From an uncultured Pseudomonadota bacterium (GTDB taxonomy: Bacteria; Pseudomonadota; Alphaproteobacteria; JACZXZ01), in contig CAVVLJ010000017.1 in the NCBI GenBank assembly GCA_963749075.1, positions 160,001-224,000 on the forward strand: 64,000 bases of DNA, in the 5' to 3' direction. Each line of letters starts with the position of its first letter. Position 1 is the stretch's first letter. Shown here one piece after another: positions 49,559 to 62,543 of the stretch. The notes under the pieces were generated by a model that saw only the letters and a list, made by a program, of their open reading frames with translations, was not told the origin of the DNA and made no database searches. Made by a program: the position numbers and the translations under genes.

Positions 49559-50440
49559 ATGATCGCAGCCGACAGCAAGGAAACCCAGCGCAGCGACCGG
49601 CGCTACATCGCGGCCACGATGGAGGCGCCCTATCTCGAGCGCGAGTACGAGCAGGAGCTCGGCCGGCGCTGGCGCGAGAAGCACGACGAGACGGCCCTCC
49701 ACGAGCTGATCGAGAGCCACGGACGCCTCGTGGTGCGCATCGCCTCGCGCTACCGCGCGAGCGCCGTGCCGCTCGGCGACCTCGTGCAGGAGGGCAACAT
49801 CGGGCTCATGGAGGCGGCACTCCGCTTCGATCCCGAGCGCAACACGCGATTTTCGACCTATGCCACATGGTGGATCGTGCGCATGATCCGCAACTACATG
49901 ATGCGCAACGCCTCGATCGTGCGGGTGGCGACCACGCCGAGCCAGCGCCGCGTCTATTTCAATCTCTGGCGCCTGCGCTCGAAGGCGCGCACGCGTGCCG
50001 ACGGCACCATGTCGGACGAGGACCGCGCGCGCATCGCAACCGAGCTCGACGTGCCGCTCTCCGACGTGGAGCGCATCGACATCCATTTCGCGCGGCCCGA
50101 CCAGTCGCTCAACACCACGATCGGCGAGGACGGCTCCATGGAGCTCCAGGATCTCGTGGCCGACGTGCGCCCCTCGCCCGAGACCGTGGTCACCGGCCGG
50201 CGCGACCGCAAGACCCATATCGCCTGGCTGAACGAGGCCATGGACACGCTCTCCGAGCGCGAGCGCCGCGTCATCGAGAACCGCTTCCTCGGCGACGACA
50301 AGACGACGCTCGCCGAGATCGGCGAGAGCTTCGGCGTCACCAAGGAGCGCATCCGCCAGATCGAGCGCCAGGCCCTCCTGAAGCTGCGCGCCGCCATGCG
50401 CACCCACACGCCGGACGTGGCGGAGCTCTTCGACAATTGA
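49559..50440 (+). CDS. rpoH: RNA polymerase sigma-32 family factor (RpoH2-like)
   Basis: DLVQEGNIGL, RFSTYATWW, RpoH-box-like QRRVYFNL, GVTKERIRQIE. Confidence 0.88.
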   Translation: MIAADSKETQRSDRRYIAATMEAPYLEREYEQELGRRWREKHDETALHELIESHGRLVVRIASRYRASAVPLGDLVQEGNIGLMEAALRFDPERNTRFSTYATWWIVRMIRNYMMRNASIVRVATTPSQRRVYFNLWRLRSKARTRADGTMSDEDRARIATELDVPLSDVERIDIHFARPDQSLNTTIGEDGSMELQDLVADVRPSPETVVTGRRDRKTHIAWLNEAMDTLSERERRVIENRFLGDDKTTLAEIGESFGVTKERIRQIERQALLKLRAAMRTHTPDVAELFDN

Positions 50441-50461
50441 GCTGCGGTGCGGTGAGCGCGG

Positions 50462-51352
50462 CTACAGCTTCCCCTTCACCATCTGGATGATGGCCGAGAA
50501 GTCGAGGGCGTCGTGGCCCTTGTTGCTGAAGAGCGCGTAGAGCGCCGCCGCCGCGGCGCCGAGCGGGGTAGCGGCACCTGTTGACGCCGCCGCCTGCTGG
50601 GCCAAGCGCAGGTCCTTGAGCATCATGGCGACCGTGAAGCCCGGCTGGAAGCCGCGGTTGGAGGGCGCGCTCGGCACCAGGCCGGGCTCCGGGCAATAGT
50701 TGGTGATGGCCCAGCACTGGCCGGATGACTTCGAGCTGATCTCGAAGAGCTTGGCGGCGGAGAGGCCGAGCTTCTCGGCGAGCGCGAAACCCTCGGCCAC
50801 CGCGATCATCTGGGCGCCCAGCATCATGTTGTTGCAGATCTTGGCGGCCTGGCCGTTGCCGGAGGGGCCGGCGTGGACGATCGCCTTGCCCATCTTCTCG
50901 AGGAGCGGCTCGGCGCGCGCAAACGCGGCCTCGCTGCCGCCCACCATGAAGGTGAGCGTGCCCGCAGCCGCCCCTGCCACGCCGCCCGAGACGGGCGCAT
51001 CGACCATGTCGAGCCCCTTGGCCGCAGCGGCGGCACCGACGGCGCGCGCGCTCTCCACGTCGATCGTCGAGCAGTCGATGAGGAGCGTGCCGGGAGCAGC
51101 ACCTGCGATGACCCCCGCCTCGCCGAGATAGACCCCGCGCACATGCTGGCCTGCCGGCAGCATGGTGATCACGGTATCGACGCCGCGCGCCGCGTCCGTC
51201 GCCGACCCGGTGACTTCGGCGCCCGCCTCGCGCGCAGCATCGGCAAGCCTGGGCACGATGTCGAAGGCCTTGAGCGCGTGGCCCGCCTTCATGAGGTTGC
51301 GCAGCATGGGGCCGCCCATGTTGCCGAGGCCGATGAAACCGATCTTGCTCAT
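50462..51352 (-). CDS. mmsB: 3-hydroxyisobutyrate dehydrogenase
   Basis: GFIGLGNMG, DAPVSGG, KICNNM, SSGQCW. Confidence 0.93.
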   Translation of the reverse strand: MSKIGFIGLGNMGGPMLRNLMKAGHALKAFDIVPRLADAAREAGAEVTGSATDAARGVDTVITMLPAGQHVRGVYLGEAGVIAGAAPGTLLIDCSTIDVESARAVGAAAAAKGLDMVDAPVSGGVAGAAAGTLTFMVGGSEAAFARAEPLLEKMGKAIVHAGPSGNGQAAKICNNMMLGAQMIAVAEGFALAEKLGLSAAKLFEISSKSSGQCWAITNYCPEPGLVPSAPSNRGFQPGFTVAMMLKDLRLAQQAAASTGAATPLGAAAAALYALFSNKGHDALDFSAIIQMVKGKL

Positions 51353-51392
51353 TGCGGCACTCCTCCCGTTATCCCGCATTCCGCGTGTGAAG

Positions 51393-53842
<2,450 letters not shown>

Positions 53843-54045
53843 AGCCCCACGCCCGCAAGCGGCAGGCCGGATAGAGGCCTGCTGTCAATCTTCTTGCACG
53901 CAACGGAACGATGCGACGCGCATGGGCGACGCCGCACGGGTTGATCGCGCTCGCCGCCTGCGGTAAGGAGCGTGCTCCAGGCGCCGGACCGCGGCAGCGG
54001 GCGCCGGCACGGCAAACAACGTGCGGCCGGGAGGGAGATGAGCGG

Positions 54046-55194
54046 ATGGCCAAGGGGCCTCTCAGCGGTTACCTCGTCGTCGATCTTTCGCGCATCCTCG
54101 CGGGGCCCTATTGCACGTTGCTCATGGCCGAGCTCGGGGCGCGCGTCATCAAGGTCGAGCCACCCGGGAAGGGCGACGACGCGCGCGAGTACGGCCCCTT
54201 TCTCGAAGGCCGCTCGGCCTATTTCATGTCGATCAACCGCGGCAAGCAGTCGATCGCCCTCGACCTCAAGGCGGCGGCCGACAAGCGCATCTTCGAGAAG
54301 CTGCTCGAGCGCGCCGACGTCCTCGTCGAGAACTTCCGCCCCGGCACCATGGAGAAGCTGGGCTACGGCTGGGCCACGCTGCACGAGCGCTATCCCCGCC
54401 TCATCTATGCCGCGGCCTCGGGCTTCGGCCACAGCGGACCCTACTCCCATTATCCCGCCTACGACATGGTGGTGCAGGGCCTGGGCGGCATCATGAGCAT
54501 CACCGGCCATCCGGGAGCGCCGCCCGTGCGCATCGGCATGTCGATCGGCGACATCGGCGCCGGGCTCTACGCGGCGGTCGCGGTCAATGCGGCGCTCGCG
54601 CACCGCGAGCGCACGGGCGAGGCGACCAAGGTCGACATCGCCATGTTTGACTGCCAGCTCGCCCTCCTCGAGAATGCCATCATGCGCTATACAACCTCGG
54701 GGCAGGTCCCGGGTCCGATGGGTGCCCGCCATCCCTCGATCACGCCCTTCGAGGCCTTCGCCACCGCGGACGGCTACATGATCATCGCCGCCGGCAACGA
54801 CGGGCTCTACCGCAAGCTCTGCGAGGCGCTCGGCCGACCGGAGCTCGCCACCGACGCGCGCTTCAAGAGCAACGAGCTGCGCACGCGGAACGGCCAAGCG
54901 CTGCGCGCGATCCTCGATCCCCTGCTGTGCTGCAAGCCGACCGCTGCCTGGACGGCCCTCCTCGAGGCCGCCGGCATCCCCTGCGGGCCGATCAACAACG
55001 TGGCTGAGGCCCTGGCGCACCCGCAGGTAGCTGCCCGCAACATGCTGGTCGAGCTCGAGGACCCCAAGGCAGGAACCGTGCGCCTCGCCGGCAATCCCAT
55101 GAAGCTGAGCGCCTTCGCCGATCCTAAGACGCGGGCGCCGGCACCCGATCTCGACGGCGACCGCGCCGCCATCCTGGGCGAGCTCGGCCTCTGA
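54046..55194 (+). CDS. CaiB/BaiF (family III) CoA-transferase
   Basis: LAGPYC, GARVIKVE, NRGKQS, ENFRPG, AYD. Confidence 0.92.
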   Translation: MAKGPLSGYLVVDLSRILAGPYCTLLMAELGARVIKVEPPGKGDDAREYGPFLEGRSAYFMSINRGKQSIALDLKAAADKRIFEKLLERADVLVENFRPGTMEKLGYGWATLHERYPRLIYAAASGFGHSGPYSHYPAYDMVVQGLGGIMSITGHPGAPPVRIGMSIGDIGAGLYAAVAVNAALAHRERTGEATKVDIAMFDCQLALLENAIMRYTTSGQVPGPMGARHPSITPFEAFATADGYMIIAAGNDGLYRKLCEALGRPELATDARFKSNELRTRNGQALRAILDPLLCCKPTAAWTALLEAAGIPCGPINNVAEALAHPQVAARNMLVELEDPKAGTVRLAGNPMKLSAFADPKTRAPAPDLDGDRAAILGELGL

Positions 55195-55211
55195 AACCTG
55201 AGGCATTGACC

Positions 55212-56711
55212 ATGAGCAGCAACCGACTGCAGCCCCTCCTCGAACCCCACACGCTCGCGCGCACGCTCTCCGACAAGATGCTGATCGGCGGCGCCATGAC
55301 GCCTGCCGTCTCGGGCAAGACCTTCCCGGTCGAGAACCCGGCGACCCGCGAGACGATCGCGGAAGCGGCCTACGGCGAGGCGGCGGACGTGGATGCCGCG
55401 GTTGCGGCCGCGCGCAAGGCGCAAGGGGCCTGGGCTCAGCGCCCGGCGCGCGAGCGCGGCAAGCTCATCGCCGAATGCGGGCGGCTCCTCAACGAGCACA
55501 CCGAGGAGCTCGGCCGCCTGGTGGCGCTCGAGACCGGCAAGGCGCTCAGGACCGAGAGCCGCGTCGAGGCCTCGGTGCTCGCCGACGTCTTCGTCTTCTA
55601 TGGCGGGCTCGGCTCCGAGCTCAAGGGCGAGACGGTGCCCTTCAACCCCAAGATGATCACCATGACCATGCGCCAGCCGCTCGGCGTGGTGGGCGCCATC
55701 ATCCCGTGGAACGTGCCGCTCCTCCTCATGGCGCTCAAGATCGCACCTGCCCTCGTGGCGGGGAACGCGGTGGTGGTGAAGAGCGCCGAGGAGGCGCCGC
55801 TCGCGGCACTGCGCACGGCGGAGATCATGAACCAGCTGCTGCCGGCGGGCGTCTTCAACATCCTCTCGGGCTACGGGCCCGAGTGCGGCGGCCCGCTCGC
55901 GGCACACCCCGACGTGCGCAAGGTGACCTTCACCGGCTCGGTCGAGACCGGCCGAATCGTCTACAAGACGGCGGCCGAGAAGCTCATCCCCGTCACCCTC
56001 GAGCTCGGCGGCAAGAGCCCGATGATCGTCATGGCGGACGCCGACATCGACAAGGCGGTGGCCGGTGCCGTCATCGGCATGCGCTTCACCCGCCAGGGCC
56101 AGAGCTGCACCGCGGCGAGCCGCATGTTCGTCCATGAGGACGTGCACGACGCCTTCGTCGAGAAGCTCAAGGCCAAGGTCGACGCCATGAAGATGGGCGA
56201 CCCGCTCGACGAGGCGAGCGACATCGGCTGCATCATCTCGCAGGCGCAGTACGAGCGCGTGACGGGCTACATCAAGCTCGGGCGCGAGACCCCGGGCGCC
56301 GTCGCGCACGCCTGCTCGGCCATGCCCGAGGAGAAGCGGCTCGCGAAGGGCCTCTTCGTGCAGCCCATCATCTTCACCGGCATCGACAACAGCCACCGCA
56401 TCGCGCGCGAGGAGATCTTCGGACCGGTGACCGCGGTCATCAAGTGGCGCGACTACGAGGAAGTCATCGCGGCTGCCAACGATTCGCCCTACGGCCTCGC
56501 CGCCACGGTGTGGACCAACGACCTGCGCAAGGCGCTCGACGCCACCCAGCGCCTCGAGGCCGGCTTCGTCCAGGTCAACCAGAACCTGGTGGTGCAGCCC
56601 GGCCTCTCCTACGGCGGCACCAAGCAGTCCGGCCTCGGCCGCGAGGCCTCCCTCGAGGCCATGCTCGACCACTTCACCGAGAAGAAGACGATCATCCTCA
56701 ATATGGCGTGA
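55212..56711 (+). CDS. NAD(P)-dependent aldehyde dehydrogenase
   Basis: IIPWNVP, FTGS, LELGGKS, GQSC, EEIFGP. Confidence 0.93.
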   Translation: MSSNRLQPLLEPHTLARTLSDKMLIGGAMTPAVSGKTFPVENPATRETIAEAAYGEAADVDAAVAAARKAQGAWAQRPARERGKLIAECGRLLNEHTEELGRLVALETGKALRTESRVEASVLADVFVFYGGLGSELKGETVPFNPKMITMTMRQPLGVVGAIIPWNVPLLLMALKIAPALVAGNAVVVKSAEEAPLAALRTAEIMNQLLPAGVFNILSGYGPECGGPLAAHPDVRKVTFTGSVETGRIVYKTAAEKLIPVTLELGGKSPMIVMADADIDKAVAGAVIGMRFTRQGQSCTAASRMFVHEDVHDAFVEKLKAKVDAMKMGDPLDEASDIGCIISQAQYERVTGYIKLGRETPGAVAHACSAMPEEKRLAKGLFVQPIIFTGIDNSHRIAREEIFGPVTAVIKWRDYEEVIAAANDSPYGLAATVWTNDLRKALDATQRLEAGFVQVNQNLVVQPGLSYGGTKQSGLGREASLEAMLDHFTEKKTIILNMA

Positions 56712-56713
56712 GG

Positions 56714-56779
56714 CCCCTCGCCCCATCCCCTCTCCCGTTTACGGGAGAGGGTGGTGAGCGTGAGCGAGCCGGGTGAGGG
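56714..56779. repeat. REP-like palindromic element
   Basis: CCCTCTCCCGT-TT-ACGGGAGAGGG..GGGTGAGGG directly after the stop codon; same family as 34171-34230. Confidence 0.8.
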
Positions 56780-56810
56780 ACAGCGGCGCTATTTCTGCTA
56801 ACCTCTCTCC

Positions 56811-59191
56811 ATGCGCCGCTTCCTCATCCGCCTGCTCCTCATCGTGGGCCTGCCGCTCGTCCTCATCCTCGCGGGCGGCGTCTATTGGCTCACCACCTCG
56901 CTCCCCGAGACCGCGGGGACGGTGACGCTGCAGGGCCTCAAGGCGCCGGTCGAGATCCTGCGCGACCGCGACGGCATTCCTCACATCTTCGCCGCGAACG
57001 ACGACGACGCCATGATGGCGCTCGGCTTCGTCCACGCCCAGGACCGCCTGTGGCAGATGGAGCAGACGCGCCGCTTCGCGAGCGGGCGGCTCTCGGAGTT
57101 CGCGGGCGAGGCGGCGCTGCCCCTCGACCGCTTTGCGCGCACGGTCGGCCTCCAGCACCTCGCGGAAACGGCGCTCGCCGGGCTCGACCCCACCTTGCGC
57201 GCCGGCCTCGAGGCCTATAGCGCCGGCGTCAATGCCTATCTCGCCCGGCACCGCGGCGCCTGGCCGCCCGAGTTCATACTGCTCGGCCTGACGCCCGAGC
57301 CGTGGCGGCCGGCGGACTCGCTGCTCTGGGGCGAGATCATGGCGATGCAGCTCTCGGGACATTGGGAGCGCACACTTCTGCGCGCCGAGCTCCTCGAGAG
57401 CCTGACGCCCGCGCAAGTCGACGAGCTCTGGCCGCCCTATCCCGATAGCGCCCCCTCCACGCTCGCCTCCGCTACGGAGCTCCTGCACGGACTGCCGCTC
57501 GACCGCCTGGCGTCGCTCGCCGAGGCCGTCTCGGGGCACGGCGCCTCCAATGCCTGGGTCGTCGACGGCGCCCATAGTGCGACCGGCAAGCCGCTCCTCG
57601 CCAACGATCCCCACCTCGGCTTCAGCCTGCCGATCCTCTGGTATCTCGCGCGCATCGACACGCCCAACCTGCATCTCGCCGGTGCCACCGTGCCCGGCGT
57701 GCCGCTCTTCATCCTCGGCCACAACGACCGCATCGCCTGGGGCCTGACCACGACGGGAGGCGACGTGGAGGACCTCTTCGTCGAGAAGCTGGAGCCCGGC
57801 GACCCCGGCCGCTATCTGGCACCCGGCGGCCCGCTTGCCTTCCGCACGCGGAGCGAGACCATCAAGGTGCGCGGCCATGCCGACGTGACGTTCACGGTGC
57901 GCGAGACGCGCCATGGGCCGGTCGTCTCGGACGCCGTCGAGGATGCGGGGAAGGCGGCCAAGCGCGGCACCGTGCTGGCGCTCGCCGCCACCTGGCTCGA
58001 CCCCGCCAACCGCATCGCCGAGGCCATCTACCGCATCGACAGGGCGCGCAACTGGGAGGATTTCACGGCGGCCCTCGCCGACTTCGACGCGCCGGAGCAG
58101 AACGTCACCTACGCCGACGCCGACGGCCACATCGGCTTCTACAGCGCGGGCAAGGTGCCGATCCGCAAGGCGGGCGACGGCCGCCTGCCGGTCGAGGGCT
58201 CTAGCGGCGATTACGATTGGCTCGGCATGATCCCCTTCGCCGAGCTGCCGCACGGGCTCGATCCGCCGTCCGGCCGCTTCGCCAACGCCAACAACAAGGT
58301 GGCGCCGGCGGGCTATCCCTACCTCATCACGCGCGACGGCTGGGAAGCCCCTTACCGCGCCGAGCGCCTGACGAGCCTGCTCGACGCCACGCCCAAGGCG
58401 ACGCTCGACGCCTTCGCCCATATGCAGGCCGACGCCGTGTCACTCGCCGCGCGGGAGCTCCTCCCCTTTCTCCTCGACACCGACGCGGCCGATGCCGACG
58501 CCAAGGCGGTGCTCGAGCGCATGCGGCACTGGGACGGCACCATGGCGCGCGGGCGCCTCGAGCCGCTCGTCTTCACGGCCTGGCTCGGCGAGCTCAACCG
58601 CGGCCTCTTCGCCGAGAAGTTGGGCGTCAACTTCCGAAAGTTCTTCGCCGAGCGGCCCGAGCTCATCGCCGCGGTCTTCACGGCGCACCAGGCCTGGTGC
58701 GCCAAGGACAGCGCCACGCCGGCGAGCGGCGACTGCCGCGCGCGAAGCGGCGAGGCGCTGGCGCAGGCGCTCGTCTGGCTCAAGGCGCACTACGGCAGCG
58801 ACTGGAGCCTGTGGCGCTGGGGCGACGCGCACCAGGCCCAATTCGTCAACCGCATCCTTGAGCGCATCCCCGTGATCAACCGCCTCGTCAATCTCCACTT
58901 GCCCGCCGACGGCGGCAACTTCACGCTCAACCGCGGCGGCTTCGACATCGCGCGCAAAGCGGCACCCTTTGCCGACATCCACGGCGCGGGGTTCCGCGCG
59001 CTCTACGACCTCTGGACGACCTCGAGCGCTCGCGCTTCATGATCGCGACCGGCCAGTCGGGCAATCCCTTCTCGCCGCATTTCTCCGATCTCGTCGAGCG
59101 CTGGCGCGACTTCGATTATCTGCGGCTCACCGGCACGCGCGACGGGCTCGTGGCGGCAGGTGCGAGCCTGCTGACCCTCTCGCCGCCGTGA
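56811..59191 (+). CDS. Penicillin acylase family Ntn-hydrolase, apparent frameshift near 59010
   Basis: GIPHI, HAQDRLWQM, catalytic SNAW, ANDPHL; tail GQSGNPFSPHF..W continues in another frame to TGA 59189-59191. Confidence 0.88.
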
Positions 59192-59204
59192 GGCAAGCCT
59201 GGCC

Positions 59205-60434
59205 ATGAGCGTCACCATCGACGACGTCCGCAAGGCGGCGCGCGCGATCGCCGGAGCGGTGGTGGCGACGCCGACGCTGCCGGCGCGCCGGCTCGGCGAG
59301 ATCACCGGCGCCGAGGTCATGCTCAAGCTCGAGAACCGGCAATATACCGGCTCCTTCAAGGACCGCGGCGCCCTCAACAAGCTGCTCACGCTCGGCGCTG
59401 CTGAGCGCCGCGCCGGCGTCATCGCCGTCTCGGCCGGCAATCACGCGCAAGGTGTGGCACGCCACGCGGCACGCCTCGGCATCCACGCCACCATCGTCAT
59501 GCCCATGGCGACGCCCTTCACCAAGGCCGAGCAGACGCGCCGGCTCGGCGCCACGGTCGTCCTCCACGGCGCCGACCTGAGCGAGGCGGCCGCGCATGCG
59601 CGGGCGCTCATGGCGGCGCACGGCTATGCCTTCATCCATCCCTACGACGATCCCGCCATCATCGCGGGGCAAGGGACCGTGGCGCTCGAGATGCTGGCGG
59701 CGGCACCCGAGCTCGACTGCCTCGTCATCCCGATCGGCGGCGGCGGGCTCATCGCGGGCTCAGCCATCGCCGCCAAGGCGCTCAAGCCGGAGATCGAGAT
59801 TTACGGCGTCGAGGCCGCCCTCTACCCCTCGATGTACGAGGCCATCCGCGGGCTCCCGCCGACTGCGCACGGGCATTCGATCGCCGAGGGCATCGCCGTC
59901 AAGGAGCCCGGCACCCTCACCCGGCCGATCGTGGTGCAGCACGTGAAGGACATCCTCCTCGTCAAGGAAGCGGCCCTCGAGGAGGCGGTCGAGTGCATGG
60001 CGGAGGCCGAGAAGCTCGTGGCCGAGGGGGCCGGTGCCGCCGGTCTCGCGGCACTCCTCGCCCATCCCGAGCTCTTCCGCGGCCGCAAGGTCGGCCTCGT
60101 CGTCTCGGGCGGCAACATCGATGCGCGCGTGCTCGCCTCGATCCTCATGCGCGGGCTCGCGCGCGCCGGCAAGCTCGCGCGCTTCCGCATCGAGATCAGC
60201 GACGAGCCGGGCCTCCTCTCGCGCGTAACCGGCCTCATCGGCGGCTGCAACGGCAACATCATCGAGGTCACCCACCAGCGCCTCTATTACGACGTGCCGG
60301 TCACCATGGCCGAGCTCGACGTGGTGGTCGAGACGCGCAACCGCGGGCACGTCACCGAGATCCTGGCGGCACTCGCCCAAGCCGGCTACAAGGCGCGCCT
60401 CTTGAGCAGCACGGACACCTCGGGCGGGGAGTGA
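59205..60434 (+). CDS. ilvA: Threonine ammonia-lyase with C-terminal ACT domain
   Basis: TGSFKDRGA, SAGNHAQG, GGGGL, SGGNID, ISDEPG. Confidence 0.9.
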   Translation: MSVTIDDVRKAARAIAGAVVATPTLPARRLGEITGAEVMLKLENRQYTGSFKDRGALNKLLTLGAAERRAGVIAVSAGNHAQGVARHAARLGIHATIVMPMATPFTKAEQTRRLGATVVLHGADLSEAAAHARALMAAHGYAFIHPYDDPAIIAGQGTVALEMLAAAPELDCLVIPIGGGGLIAGSAIAAKALKPEIEIYGVEAALYPSMYEAIRGLPPTAHGHSIAEGIAVKEPGTLTRPIVVQHVKDILLVKEAALEEAVECMAEAEKLVAEGAGAAGLAALLAHPELFRGRKVGLVVSGGNIDARVLASILMRGLARAGKLARFRIEISDEPGLLSRVTGLIGGCNGNIIEVTHQRLYYDVPVTMAELDVVVETRNRGHVTEILAALAQAGYKARLLSSTDTSGGE

Positions 60435-60456
60435 GCGAGAAGATGGGCTCGGAGTC

Positions 60457-61350
60457 CTACGCCAGCGCCGCCCTCAGCCGCGGTGCCGCGAAATCGAGGA
60501 AGGCGCGCAGCTTCTGCGGCAAGAGCCGCTGGCCTGCGTAGACGAGGCTGACGGGGGACGGCTGGGGCTCGAACGCTTCGAGGGCGAGGACGAGCGTCCC
60601 GGCTTTGAGGGCCTGCGCCATCTGGTAGGAGAGCACGCGCGTGACGCCCGCTCCCGCGATCGCCGCGTCGATGGCCGCCTCGGCCGTGTTGACGGTGAGC
60701 CGCGAATGGATCGCGAAGGATTGAGCCGACTTGGCAATCGTGAAGCTCCAGGCGTCGGGAGACATCAGCCCCTCGAAGGTGATGCAGTCATGCGCGGCGA
60801 GCTCTCGCGGGTGCTTAGGGGAGCCGCGCGCGGCGAAATAGGCGGGACTGGCGCAGACCACGCGGCGGATGGCGCCCACCCGCGTCGCGACGAGGCTGCT
60901 GTCGGGCAGCTCGCCGATGCGGACGGCGAGATCGACGTGGTCGTCGAGGAGGTTGATCAGGCGGTTGGCCAGCACGATGCGGATGTCGATCTCGGGATAG
61001 GCCTTGAGGAACGCCGTCACGATGGGGAGGACGTGGAGGCGCCCGAAGACGATCGGCGCCGTGATGATCAGCTCGCCCCTCGGCGCGCTGTATTCGCCCG
61101 AGGCGGAGCGCTCGGCCTCCCCCACCTCCTCGAGGATGCGCCGGCAGGCCGCGACATAGGAGCGGCCCGCGTCGGTCAGCGTGAGCCGCCGGCTCGAGCG
61201 GTTGAGGAGCAGCACCTTGAGATGCGCCTCGAGGTCGGCGACCTTGCGGCTGACGGTCGCGAGCGGCGTGCCGAGCCGGCGCGACGCCGCCGAGAGACTG
61301 CCCGCTTCGACGGCCGCGACCAGGATCGACATCGCCTCGAGACGATCCAT
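60457..61350 (-). CDS. LysR-family transcriptional regulator
   Basis: GSLSAA, VSRKVADLE, RSSRRLTLT, DLAVRIG. Confidence 0.94.
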   Translation of the reverse strand: MDRLEAMSILVAAVEAGSLSAASRRLGTPLATVSRKVADLEAHLKVLLLNRSSRRLTLTDAGRSYVAACRRILEEVGEAERSASGEYSAPRGELIITAPIVFGRLHVLPIVTAFLKAYPEIDIRIVLANRLINLLDDHVDLAVRIGELPDSSLVATRVGAIRRVVCASPAYFAARGSPKHPRELAAHDCITFEGLMSPDAWSFTIAKSAQSFAIHSRLTVNTAEAAIDAAIAGAGVTRVLSYQMAQALKAGTLVLALEAFEPQPSPVSLVYAGQRLLPQKLRAFLDFAAPRLRAALA

Positions 61351-61463
61351 CGACATTCCAATAAAATGGAAGGTGAACTCTCAATTATGCCGGCTTCCTC
61401 TCTTTTTTGGAAGGGGCTAAGATTTCGGGTCCTAGAGCGATCGGAGTGTCCGGGGAGCTGATC

Positions 61464-62096
61464 ATGGATGCCGCGCCAGGCTATTCGAGCGACGTTGCCT
61501 TCACGCCCGCCGTCAAGGCGGTGCAGACCCGCAAGGGCTCGCGCCATGCCTATGCGCGCATGGAGGAGCGCGGCTCCTTCGAGACGCGCATCACGCCCGA
61601 GCTCGCAGGCTTCATCGAGGCTCAGACCAGCGTCTTCCTCGGCACAGCGAGCCGGGAGGGCCAACCCTATATCCAGCACCGCGGCGGCCCGCCCGGCTTT
61701 CTCCGCGTGCTCGACGACAAGACCATCGGCTTTGCCGATTTCGCCGGCAACCGGCAATACATCACGCTCGGCAACCTCGCCGAGAATCCCAGGGCGCATC
61801 TCTTCCTCATCGACTATGCGCACCGCCGCCGGGTCAAGATCTGGGGCGAGGCACGCGTCGTCGAGGGCGATGCCGAGCTCATGGCAAAGCTGATGCCGGA
61901 AGGCTACAAGGCGCGGCCCGAGCAGGCGATCCTCTTCACCGTCTCCGCCTGGAACGCCAATTGCCCGCAGCATATCCCCCAACGCTTCGAGGCCGCCGAT
62001 GTGGCCGCCGCCCTCGCCGAGTGCCACAAGCGCATCGCGGCGCTGGAGGCCGAGGTACAGAGGCTGCGGCAGGCCGCAACCGCGCCGGAGCCATGA
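61464..62096 (+). CDS. Pyridoxamine 5'-phosphate oxidase-like FMN-binding protein
   Basis: PYIQHRGGPPGF, FADFAGNRQY, NCPQHIP; divergent from LysR. Confidence 0.88.
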   Translation: MDAAPGYSSDVAFTPAVKAVQTRKGSRHAYARMEERGSFETRITPELAGFIEAQTSVFLGTASREGQPYIQHRGGPPGFLRVLDDKTIGFADFAGNRQYITLGNLAENPRAHLFLIDYAHRRRVKIWGEARVVEGDAELMAKLMPEGYKARPEQAILFTVSAWNANCPQHIPQRFEAADVAAALAECHKRIAALEAEVQRLRQAATAPEP

Positions 62097-62186
62097 TCGG
62101 CAGTACGGCCGGTTGAGAGGACCGCGGACAAGCAGGCTCTCGCGCTTAGGTATTGCGATCAGCAATGAGCTGGGCCCGCTTCGGCG

Positions 62187-62385
62187 CGGCGACGATGTCA
62201 TCGAGGTCCACTGCCACCACTTCTATCACCCTATTGCGATTTTCCGGCTACCATGGCCGAACTCGACGTGGTCGTCGAGACGCGCCGCCGCCGGCACGTC
62301 GCCGAGATCCTCGCAGCGCTCGCCGAGCGCCAGCTACAAGGCCCGCCTTTTGAACAGCACGGACACCTCAGACGGGGAGAGAGCG
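62187..62385 (+). pseudogene. Orphan degenerate copy of the threonine ammonia-lyase 3' end
   Basis: Encodes VIEV..MAELDVVVETR..HVAEILAALA and YKARLLNSTDTS, matching 60251-60437, with indels. Confidence 0.85.
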
Positions 62386-62543
62386 CCATATTTGCAACGA
62401 AAACGCTAGCGTCCGTAGCGACAAGTCGAATGTTCGGCAGGCCTCTCCTGAGCCGGCCCGAGACCGGACGTGAGTGCCGGTACTGTTAGGCTACACTGTA
62501 GCCCCGGCTGGCTTCACGCGGTCGTGGCGAGGCAAACGCCGAT

